The position numbers were made by a program, and so were the translations under genes. A stretch of DNA of 63,781 bases, filler included, from Intoshia linei (lineage: Eukaryota; Animalia; Orthonectida), in assembly GCA_001642005.1 (NCBI GenBank). It is 7 parts of 7 records of this genome, joined end to end, with 100 filler letters (N's around TTAATTAATTAA, not from the genome) between each part and the next. Parts side by side here need not be neighbours in the genome. Positions count along the whole stretch, not along the records: positions 50,459 to 60,157 come from LWCA01001347.1; positions 60,258 to 62,419 come from LWCA01002380.1; positions 62,520 to 63,781 come from LWCA01002705.1; 4 more parts are not named here. One strand, given 5' to 3'. The notes under the pieces are model-generated. The model was not told the origin of the DNA, searched no databases, and saw only the letters and a program-made list of their open reading frames with translations. Positions 53,291 through 63,781 of this stretch are shown piece after piece; position 1 is the stretch's first letter, and each line of letters starts with the position of its first letter.

Positions 53291-53689
53291 ATCTAAAGTT
53301 AAAATATAATGCAATTTAATGGTATGGCTGTGAAAATGAAAAATATACATTTTATAGGTAATAAAGTAGTAATAATTTTTAGTTTAATTAACAACAAAAT
53401 GTTTTCATTTAAATGTTTGATGAATTACTGAATTACCAATTGTATAACGTGTAATATAAATAGTTGTACCACAATATTGGATAATTTGAAGTATATTTGG
53501 AACATGTTTATAAAGGTTAATATTGGAACCATTTTCATGATCCAATTTTATAATATACATTTACATTTTTCATAATGTCAATTACATTTTCTTGATAAAA
53601 ATTTTACTGGTGATGTAGTAGTGATGTATCAAAATACAAAACGGATTTACATTGTACAATGTACATACATTGCACTGTCTAGGATGTTT

Positions 53690-55150
53690 GTGATAACGGG
53701 AGATAAAGATGTTTTGAAAATTGTGAAGTATCAAAACAAGGATTTGGCTTGTAGAAAAATGATTAATTATATTAATAGGGTCGTCCTACAATTGTTAATG
53801 AGTTGGAAAGGGTGAATTGTGGTATGTGCGATAAAGATTGGTGTTGAAGGATAACATTTTAATTTCCGAAGGGAGGTTGAGTTGTTAGTGATGGTACCTT
53901 TAAAAAAACAGGTGCAGGTTATGAATATGGTGCATAAAAGTTTTAGTGGTTTCATGTGGATGTTACAAAAATGGTGGATTTGGTGAGGCGTTAATTTTTT
54001 TAGTATGGATAACGTCTGATATTATAGAATATGTTGGTAAGTGTGAAATTTTCATGAGAAGCAAAGATGGGAGACAAAAGCGAATTCATAAGTTGAAGCC
54101 GGTAGTAACCTCAAAGGTGAATAAATTGAGGAAATTGGATTTTGCATGGCCAATGGTGTAGAGTATTCAGGGGAATAACTATTTACTGGTAATAGTGGAC
54201 CATTATAGTAAATGGCCTAAGGTCTGGCCTGTTGAGAGTATGACAGCGGAGGTGGTTGCTAGGAAAATTTATGAAGAATTAATTTCTAAATATGGTGTGA
54301 TAAAACGTATTCATACTGATATGGGTACGCAATTCGAGTCAGAATTGATAAGAGGGTTGTGTGAGATGTATGGTATAGTAAAAACGGAAACTAGATCATA
54401 TCATCATGAAGGTGTCGGTGCAGTGGAAAGTTTAAATAAAACTTTAAAGAATATGTTGAGGGTTAAGACGGTGGGAAAATTATATACCAGAAATATTGGT
54501 GGCCTGGAGAAATAGGGAAAGTTGTGCGACGGAAAATAGTCCTTCGGCAATGATGTATGGAAAAAATTTAAATTTGTCTTGGAATTTAAATGGGTTAGAT
54601 GGTGTAAATAAGTCCAGAGAAAGGCGAGTGGAAATTCGAGGAAAAAATACAGAAAGATGATGGAACGTAATCATAATTCTAATGTGACGAAATGTGATAC
54701 GAGGTGGCAACGTGATTATATACCAAATAATCCTGTGGTGGGAAAAATGGATAAAAGATTCATAAAGTGTAATGAATCTAAATTGGAGGCGTGTGAAAAA
54801 AATTATGGAGTTGAATTAAATTTAAAATTTTAAATGAAAATGTAAAGTTTCAAAAAACTTATTGTTATTGCAAACGCGGTGAAGTGGAAAATGATTTTAT
54901 GGTGCAGTTTGATAGATGTAAAGATTTGTTACATGGAGAGTGTGTCAAGTTGTCAAAAACGGTAACAGATAAAATGAAAAATTTTATATGTAAAAATTGT
55001 GAGGTTAAAAATAAAAGTGTGGTAAAAATATATAGAAAATTTCCTAATCGTTTTAAAAACTGTGTTGGAAAAAATAAATGTTGTAATTGTTATGGAAATT
55101 GTATTTACATAATATCAACGGGTAGAAATTTTAAATTCATTTGATAAAGT
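53690..55150 (+). mobile_element. Degraded Ty3/Gypsy-type integrase followed by a PHD finger
   Basis: VIVDHYSKW...IHTDMGTQFES...YHHEGVGAVESLNKTLK (DDE core) with stops and frameshifts. Downstream YCYCKR..FMVQFDRCKDLLHGECV..FICKNC is a PHD finger. Confidence 0.8.
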
Positions 55151-55702
55151 ACAAATATTTTGCCAAGCATAATAGCTGTCGCCCACTGTGAAGTAGAATA
55201 TTTTTGATCTCTTATAAAATAGTTTATGCAATTTTATAAATCTGGCGTAATTATATCTTTAGATAAATTCACAGTAACAATACCAATTTTAATTTTATCT
55301 GAAATTTCTTTGAGCCGCGTGTATGGCGTTCGGCTCACGAATAAATAGAATATTAAAAAACATGAACTATATTTATATTATTAAAATCGATAAAGTTTAG
55401 ATTAGATTGTTTAATATTGATTAGGAATACTTGACTCAGTGTTTAGATAAATTTTAACTTGTTTTTAATTACACCACCAACTCTTAATTTATGCTGATTT
55501 CATATATTATTCATGGGTATTAAAATAACTACAATTATATATGAAATGATAATAATTTAACCTTAAAATAAAAATTACATGCGTTGAATAATTCAACTTG
55601 AATACATTGTATGATTATCGATGTAACGTATTAACACAATTAAATCAAGTTAGTTTATTTACAAAATTTATAAAAACAAATTAAAATACATTATTTTCCA
55701 TA

Positions 55703-56177
55703 ATGTCTAAACTCAAAACTGTTAGAAATTTACAAAAAAGTAATTATATAATTGTATTTACAATCTTGTCATTTTTAAAAATTATACTGAATTAAGATAA
55801 ATTATTACGAATGTTTCATTTTAATAGAAAAGATTTGGACATGGAATCGCAAAGATTTCCAGAATGGAAGGTAATTATTTAATTGTAATGTATATAATAG
55901 TCAGTCATTTACATGTAAATGTAAATGTAACGTTTCAGTAAAATTATACACGAATAGAATAAAATTATTAAATTTAAATGAATTTTAAGTGTCAATAAAA
56001 TTTTTGTTAATAATGTACGGAATCTGTACTATGGATCATGAAATTAAAAAATAAAGAACCACTATTACATTTATATTTGTATCTATAGATATTAATTTAC
56101 GACAACTATGGCCGCGATATTATATCACCTTTGTTTTCTGTAAAACAATTGCGAGAAAATGGAATTACCTTGCATTT
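55703..56177 (+). CDS. SCFD1: Sec1-family domain protein SCFD1/Sly1, first three exons
   Basis: MSKLKTVRNLQK|KLLRMFHFN...FPEWK|ILIYDNYGRDIISPLFSVKQLRENGITLH. Confidence 0.88.
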
Positions 56178-56300
56178 GTAATTTTAAATATAAATCATAA
56201 TTATGTAGACAACTGAGTATTCTAGTTATTTCAATTTTATTAATACATATATTGTTTTCCCATAGTTTTTATTTTATTTTAACTTTATTTGAAGTGTAAA

Positions 56301-56533
56301 TGTGTCATATGTTGGTGGTACTTATTTTATTTACATGTTTTTAATTTGAGTTAAAACCAGCATCTTTTCTGTTTTAAATAAAGTTGTAATAAATATGATA
56401 ATTATTTATTTAATTAAGCTAAAATACAATTAATATTTACATTATTTAAAGATTTTTGAGTTATTGAGTGATAATTAGTATTTATATAATTTTAGTAAAA
56501 TGGTATGTATAGAGATACTACATGTCCCTCCTT
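56301..56533 (-). repeat. Putative polypurine tract and 3' LTR of the Gypsy element
   Basis: Minus strand AAGGAGGGACA|TGTAGTATC...AATAAA...ATGACACA, giving a TG...CA unit of about 220 bp downstream of the integrase. No second LTR was seen to confirm the boundaries. Confidence 0.5.
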
Positions 56534-56925
56534 AAGATATTGTAATATTGTTAGCATCTAGTATACTTTTGATTTCATTCATTATAAAATGTTGACCAAA
56601 AGTTTCATTGCCAATTTTTATTACATTCAATAATGGAGGATTAAAATTATTAAACTCATTAACTTTGCTTATTGTAATAATCTTAGCCAAGATAGTTATT
56701 GATTAAGATTTAATTGTAAATTAAATATTTTAATAAGATTTTGTTGACTTGATTGATAATAAGGGAGAATGATGATAACTATATTTAATATAAATAGATA
56801 TAAGATAAACTTGTTTAGTATCAGGATACTACACCTTCCCCATAAAAAAAGTTTTCTGGGATGAGAATAAAGGAAGTTAAAATAAGGTGAAAACAAAAAA
56901 AAATATTTGTTTTTTTTTTAGTTAA

Positions 56926-58794
56926 TCAAATATCAAGGTTTTCCTGTATTCGTAAGCTTTTCGAAATTGAATGGTCAATCATAAATTCATAATGGTGTAT
57001 CAACTGAAATAATGAAGGATCGTTATTATTAGTTGCTTCTAGAGCTTTGTTTAGTTTAATCAATGAGTCTATGTAATCTGTTAATCTTTGATGTATATTA
57101 TCGTACAGAAGTTCAATATTGTTATTTTGTTTGATTTGATTAGTCGTTAAGTCGTAATTAACTAAGCGTTTAGGTATAGAACAATTCCGCGGATCCCTCT
57201 TATATATTTTTTGATTTTTCGATCTGATAGGCACATTGGGAACATAAGCACTGTTATGACTAGAAAAGGACTTTTGTACTTTTTTGTCAAAGTTGTTTTT
57301 CATGGATATGAGGTATTTTCTTGTATAACTATTGACCTTTTCTAGAGCATTATCATCTCTTTCTCCGAATAATAACTCTAAGGGTGAAATCCCGGTTCTG
57401 GAAGATGGTAACGCACGAAATGAATAAACAATTTCATCAAGTTTTTCATCCCAATCGTTAAATTCTGTTGTGCATAAAATTATAAGTTTTTCCATTATGA
57501 TCCTGTTTGCTTGTTCGACATTTTCGTTGTGTTGATAGGGATGTGAATTTGTTTTTTTTATACCAAAAGTATCGCACAACTCTTTAATGAGGGAACAATC
57601 AAACTGTTTTCCCATATATGTGTAAATTTTGATGGGAGGACCGTATTTTAAAATTATCGATTTATTTAAGACCGTTGTAACTGTCTTAGCTGTAATATCT
57701 GGAACAGCTACATTTTCCAACCGACTAGAATAGTAGTCGATCATGTTGATGATGTACTTATTTCCATTGTTGGACATTTTTATTAACTGAGAACACTTTG
57801 TTAAGCCTGAGTAACAGTATAATTTTGAATTATGGTAGTGGTCGATTATTGAATTTGTTAATTTGTCCGGTATAATTAATCTGAATTTGCCATTACATTG
57901 CTGATATAACGTGTCGTCTTTAATTATCAATTGTTTACGAAAATTGTAATATTTGTTGCTTATATCCAAAACAATTTTATTTTTCAATTTTTTTATAGTT
58001 TGTTGGCACATAGAATCGGTTAATTGAGCACTTTTAATATCAAATTTATCCTGTTTCAATTGTATATGTTCGATGGATTTATTTATTTTAGGAGGAATTC
58101 TAGATAATAAATCAGCACAATAGTTTAATGAACCTGGTCTGTAATTAATTTCTAAATCATATATTTGTAAATTTTGTAACCATCCAAATTCTTGATGTGG
58201 AAGATTGTCGGAATTATTTATATATGTTAACGGATTATGATCGGTTAAGACATAGCATTTCTTTTCCATTACATATTTAAATTTATTGATCGCCCAATTG
58301 ACAACAAAAAAATTTTTTTTAAAGGTGCTGTACCGTTGTTCTGTGTGCGTAAATGACTTGCTGGCGTATTTTATGACTCTGTCGTTTTGTAATAACACCG
58401 CGCCGATACCGTATTCCGTTTCGAGAACGAATGGGCTCTTGCAGTCCGGTATTTTCATTACGGGCGGGCTAGTAAGAGCTTTTTTTAATTCCAAAACAGC
58501 CAAGTCGTGATTTTCTGTCCAAATAAATGTACAGCAATGCACAGGAACTTGCTTCGTGTGATCCCCTTCTTTAATAAATACGTGTATGCTAAATAGTTGC
58601 GAAAAGAACTTTTTAACAATTTTAAAAGTGACATCCATGTACCAGGTTTTTGTATTGGTCATTAATTGCAACATTTGATCAGTTGCAAACATTATATACC
58701 TGTTCTCTTTGACCATAAAATCTTTTTTTAAAAAATTGTTTGACACGTGATCCAAATTTAGTTCAAAATAGGAATTTGTTGGTTCCACAGGCAT
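56926..58794 (-). mobile_element. Chimeric ORF: MULE transposase N-core fused in frame to Gypsy RT-connection/RNase H/integrase
   Basis: aa 1-85 FATDQMLQLM..WYMDVTFKIV..FSQLFSIH..QVP are MULE-like. From about aa 89, FIWTE..LKKALTSPPV..GIGAVLLQ..YASKS..TDHNPL..YRPG..ADLLSR and IDYYS..YGPP..SHPYQH..VEQANR are Gypsy pol. Confidence 0.85.
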
Positions 58795-59515
58795 ATTTTT
58801 GCTGCGCAGTCTATTAGCCTGTTGGTCAAAATTTTTAATTCTTGGCAGTAAACGGGCTGGTGCTTTATTTATATGGTTTACGACCTAAATATATCTGTCT
58901 AGCAATTTCTGCTGCCGATTGAAAAATGTTTTATTTGCCCGCTCTTTTATTGTTTTTTTTACAATATTTATATTTTTTGTCCTGGCAGTGCTAAGTGTAT
59001 ATGTGGTTGAAATCCTCTTTTAAAATTGCCATGTTTTTGTATAACTGTTGCTCGACAGTTAACTGTTTTCGATCTACTGATGCATTGCCAGTAGGTTGTT
59101 GCTCCACGTACAACCTTTATATTGAAACTATAGCCGTTCGAATCGATCAGCTTATCTTTGCCTCGCTGTGATGACCCGGCAATAGTTTTAAAATTAGGCT
59201 GTGGTATAGGTGCTGCATCGGCCATTGCTTCGTCATCCATAAATTCTTCTGTTAAATTTTCTGAAATTTCATATTCTGATTTAGATTTAAAATTACTTAT
59301 AGAAATATTGCAATAGGAATACTCACTTCATTATTTGCAGTGTCATCAATTAGTTCCATTGGTTTTTAAGCTACTTGTATACAAGAATTGCATACATATG
59401 CCAGGATGGTTTCTCCTCTAACAGCCCTTTTGTATTCTGCTTGTGTTATATTTGTATTGCATGTTCTGTGTTGCCATCTTTCACATGTTTCACATTGAAC
59501 GGTTTGACTAATACT
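58795..59515 (-). mobile_element. 5' part of the MULE element: PHD finger and FLYWCH zinc finger, frameshifted
   Basis: 59515-59370 reads VQCETCERWQHRTCNT...YVCNSC (PHD). 59240-58968 reads SSQRGKDKLIDSNGYSF...TYWQC...CRATV...HIH (FLYWCH). Confidence 0.75.
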
Positions 59516-60257
59516 CAACAATTTATAATTGTTGAATAACTTTAAATGTTTTGATTATTCTTCTTTTTATATCTAACTAATCTAATCAAAATATTATAAT
59601 CGTCTAAATTTTTAAATAAATGCGGCACGCGCACTACTTTAAAAAGTTTTTTGATGTTTAACATTTATATGAATTGTGGGCTGAAAGTTTTAATTATCGA
59701 CGTTATGAAAGATTAAAAAAAACTTTTGTTATAACGTGTTATTGATGTGACAGGCATGTTGTTTTAAAAAAGTGAACATGCTATAATCTGAGTTTTTAAT
59801 CTTGCGTTTGATATAATTAAGTTTTTGAACGCATCCTTTGACACTACTAAACATTGAATCAATCATTTTTTATATTTCTTACGTGTTATTGAAATGTAAT
59901 ATATATTGTATAATTGGATGATATTTAAATAGTAAATGATTTGTGTTAAATTATGATATATATTATAGTTTAATTTAATTGATGTCTTATATTTTATGTC
60001 AAATGTGTGTCACATATTTAAATAATTTTTTATATTTCTTATGCCATGATGGTTTCTTCTCTAACAGCCCTTATGTATTCTGCTTGTGCTATATTGGTAT
60101 TACATGTTCTGTGTTACTATCTTTCACATGTTTCACATTGAACAGTTTGCAAAATACNNNNNNNNNNNNNNNNNNNNNNNNNNNNNNNNNNNNNNNNNNN
60201 NTTAATTAATTAANNNNNNNNNNNNNNNNNNNNNNNNNNNNNNNNNNNNNNNNNNNN

Positions 60258-62400
60258 AATACTAAGGAATGAATTGTTTTCTATTAAATGAACGTAACGT
60301 ATATCAATTCGTTCAACCTCTGAATTCACTGGCATTCGCGACATACAATCGGCTATGGTATTATCATTACCTTTAATATGTTCAATGTCGTATATATATT
60401 CACGTAAAAATATGGACCACTTCTTGATGCGTGCAGCTGCATGCCCATGCTTAATATTCCTTAAAAGAGGAATGAGTGGGAAATGATCAGTTTTCAATGT
60501 GAACTTCCGTCCATATAGATAATTATGCCATTTTCGTATTGCTACTACGCATGCAAGTGTCTCTTTTTCACCAATGGAGTAATTGCGTTCAGTTCTATTT
60601 AATATTGAAGAGAAGAAAGCAATTGTAACACGTGATCCATGTTGTTTTTGCATTAACACTGCCCGAATACCGATGTTGGATGCATCTACTTGAACAATCG
60701 TTTCACTATATGGGTCAAATGGCAGATTTAATCTGTTCAAATGATTGTTGACATTTCTTATCCCAATTAAATATCAAATCTTTTCTTGTTAAAGAATACA
60801 ATGGTTCACATATTATTGAAAAGTTATTTATAAATTTAATATAGTAGTTACACATACTTAAAAAACTGCATACCTCGTGAGCTGTTTTAGGTGGCTCCAT
60901 CTTTAATAAACACGAAACTTTGTCGGGATCAGCTTGCACCCCATCATCTGATAAAACATGTCCCAATATTTTAATGCTTGTTTGAGAGAGTAAACACTTC
61001 TCTGTGTTAAGTACAATATTATATTTTTTTATTCGCTGCAATACGTTCTGGAGTATCTGATTGTGACGTTGGATTGAATTAGCATGTATTAATATGTTGT
61101 CGAGTATACATTCTACTCCCGTTATTCCGTCTAAAATCGTATTCATAATTCTTTGAAACGCTGCCGGGGCTGACGCTAAGCCAAAGGGTACTCTTTTGTA
61201 ACGGAATAATCCAATAGGCGTATTAAAGGTTGTTAAATAACGTGATTTGTCACACAAGTTCACCTGATGGTAGGCTTGTTTTAAATCAATCTTTGAAAAT
61301 ATTTTACTACCATGGGTATTATTCAATATTGTTTCAGTTATAGGTAGGGGATACTGGTCAATTACGATATTTTTGTTCAATTCTCTTAGATCGACACATA
61401 AGCGAATCTCTCCATTTTTCTTTTGTACAGGAACAAAAGCACTTATCCACTTACATTTATCGACTTTTTCGATAATATCGGTCGCTTCCAATTCATGTAA
61501 TTTTCCTATGATTTTACCAAGTACCAAATGAGGATATCTACGAGGTTTACTCACATAAGGTATATGATTTTTTTCTAATTTTATATCAACTTCGAAATTA
61601 CATATAGTGTTACTAATAGGATACTTAGGGATGATACTATCATCTGGTTTACAAACGCTATTTAGACACGTATCTGTCGACTTATTTGATATGTCGGGTT
61701 CAGTTTGTACAAGATTAATTATCCGAAAAACATCATTTAAATTTATTTGTAATTTTTTAATTAAATCCAATCCTAATATGGGTATGGAATTTGGAACAAT
61801 TTCAAATTGATGCTTCACTTTTTCATTGTCATATCTGCATATTCCATCATATGATCCTGTTTGTTTGATTGTGTGCCACTAAATAAGATTAATTTTTTAT
61901 AACTCGGTAATATATCATTATTATTATATATTATAGGTAAAATGCTAACTTCACTACCGGTATCTACTACTATATTCACAGCTGTATCATTAATATACAC
62001 TGTTAATTTTTTGTTTAAGTGGCTAATAGTATATCTATTTTTACCTTTTAGTTTATGTTTGAACAACTTTGGATTACAATATTTTTCATAGTGACCAAAT
62101 TTGTCACACTTCCTACACTTCACTGTTCTCGCCGAGCATTCAAAGTACGAAGCTAGGTGATTGGGAGAGCCACAGCGAAAACATAAACGTCTATCAATTT
62201 GAGGGTTCTTTTCAATCAAAGAAACTTTAATAAATTCCGTGATAAATTCATAATTTAGGCAAATTTGTTTTGCTTTATCATAATTCAAATTATCCATAAT
62301 TAACAATTTCCCAGACGACTGTGCTATTACATCCTTTTATTAATAAATCTAATTTTAATGTTGGGAAATTATATTGCGATAATGTATAATGCAATTCCAA
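60258..62400 (-). mobile_element. Ty3/Gypsy retrotransposon (Mag-like): gag zinc knuckles, protease, RT, RNase H; frameshifted
   Basis: Double knuckle CFRCGSPNH..C..KCRKCDKFGHYEKYC, protease VDTGS, RT motifs RLCVDLR, KIDLKQAYHQ and PFGLASAP, RT motif mutated to ILDN, and RNase H VDAS...TDH. Confidence 0.92.
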
Positions 62401-63781
62401 TTTATCAATGAAACTTTGANNNNNNNNNNNNNNNNNNNNNNNNNNNNNNNNNNNNNNNNNNNNTTAATTAATTAANNNNNNNNNNNNNNNNNNNNNNNNN
62501 NNNNNNNNNNNNNNNNNNNAAGTTAATGTGGATAAATATGGTCAGCAGCTCCTAAAATCAGTACAAGACTATGGTAGCAAGCATATCTAATAATTTTCTT
62601 CTACTAACCATAAGTTTTTTAATTTGAAATGTTATAAATTTTTCGCTCAATATTCACTGATACTGAGATTATATATATATTATTATATATATATATGCCA
62701 TTTCAAATAACTTTTACAAGATGTTTGAAGTCTTTCAAAATTAAAAAAATTTGAATTCAAAAGTTTTAAGACATTGAAATCTCCATCTATTTAAATTTTT
62801 GGAGAAAAATATACATTTTTGACTTTTACTCAAAAACGGTACTAAGAATTTTTTTTAAAAATACTTCTGAAAGTGTGCCAAATCAGAAAGTATTGAAATT
62901 TTGGGTGAGTAATTTTTTTGAACTAAATTTTAGTTCAGACAGGCTGTGCGTCCCAAAAAAAACTGTAATTGAAATGTGATCTTTAAAAAATTCTAAAAAA
63001 AGTGCTAGTTATTTCATTAAAGTAGGACAGACAAACAAAAATCGCGTTTCCTTTTATATATATAATGATGTGATAAAAAATATTTGATGTGACACCCTAT
63101 ATTGTACACATTCTATGTAACATACACATTAAAATTGTATATTTTAACGAAAAAAGGTTTCGAGTATAAATGGATACAATGGAGTCTACACATTTCCAAT
63201 ATTGAGATATCGGTGGAAATCTCATAAAATGATTCCGTCGGTTTGTTCATTGCTACGCAATTTTTTATTCTCAAAAAATTTAAAATCACTTGAAATATAA
63301 CTTTATTATAGTTATTTTTATATTTATTACTATGTTGGTGTAAAATTCATCCGAAATATGTTTTTAAAGTGCTTATTCCGTTAATTATTCCTACAAACCA
63401 TTTTTTATTCATCGAAAGCAGATACTGAATATATACCATCACATTCAACAAGAAATTATCAGTCTTACAATTTTTAGGATTTATCTGTTTTTACTTTATT
63501 TTTAACATTGTACAGTGTATATTAGGGTGGACATAATTTCAATATTTATGAATTTAATCAGACATAAAATCCAAAATCTTAACAATTCAAAAAGTTTATA
63601 AGGGTGCTCAAGGGCACAGAATATCAAATTATTATTTAAATATGAATATTAAGAGTATTACTTGCTTATATAATTAAATTAATTCTAGGAAAGCCATATA
63701 AGGTTCAATTAATAGTTTTGAATGTACAATAAAATTTAAATCGTTAAATTTTAATTAATTAACAATGAATTTTAAATAAAA

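Noticed and set aside
58795-62400. Treating the 60.2-62.4 kb gag-RT and the 56.9-58.5 kb RNase H-integrase as one element
   Set aside because: Both contain their own RNase H region and they are separated by a linker, so they are different elements.

Overview
Very AT-rich eukaryotic (metazoan) genomic DNA with spliceosomal introns. Intron sizes are bimodal: many are about 35-45 nt and a few are kb-long and filled with transposon debris. The style is reminiscent of a compact invertebrate or parasite genome such as an orthonectid, which is inference only. Six 100-nt N-linkers, each carrying TTAATTAATTAA (stops in all frames), split the window into seven segments. Several genes break off at these linkers, so adjacency across them is unreliable. 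Recognisable host genes are an OSR1/SPAK-like Ste20 kinase, SEC61G, the 3' part of an SRRM1-like gene, MAD2 (5' part), an SRSF1/9-like SR protein, a GATC-like gene, TRIAP1/MDM35, OSBP (PH domain plus FFAT motif, 5' part), PRODH, PPP1R10/PNUTS, an SLC18B1-like MFS transporter (5' part) and SCFD1/Sly1 (5' part). There is also an intron-containing tRNA-Ile(UAU) and a tRNA-Pro(CGG). Mobile DNA is abundant: Ty3/Gypsy remnants, a PHD-FLYWCH-MULE element, several hAT types, pogo and Tc1-like elements, Ginger-like MITEs and Helitron-like ends. The main leads are (1) a candidate spliced-leader (SL) RNA gene at about 9665-9755(-), (2) a 622-codon in-frame MULE-transposase/Gypsy-pol chimera, (3) a candidate poison exon in the SR-protein gene, (4) a natural phosphomimetic Thr-to-Asp change in the kinase activation loop, and (5) an ultra-compact five-gene cluster of alternating orientation with ATGs 18 bp apart.
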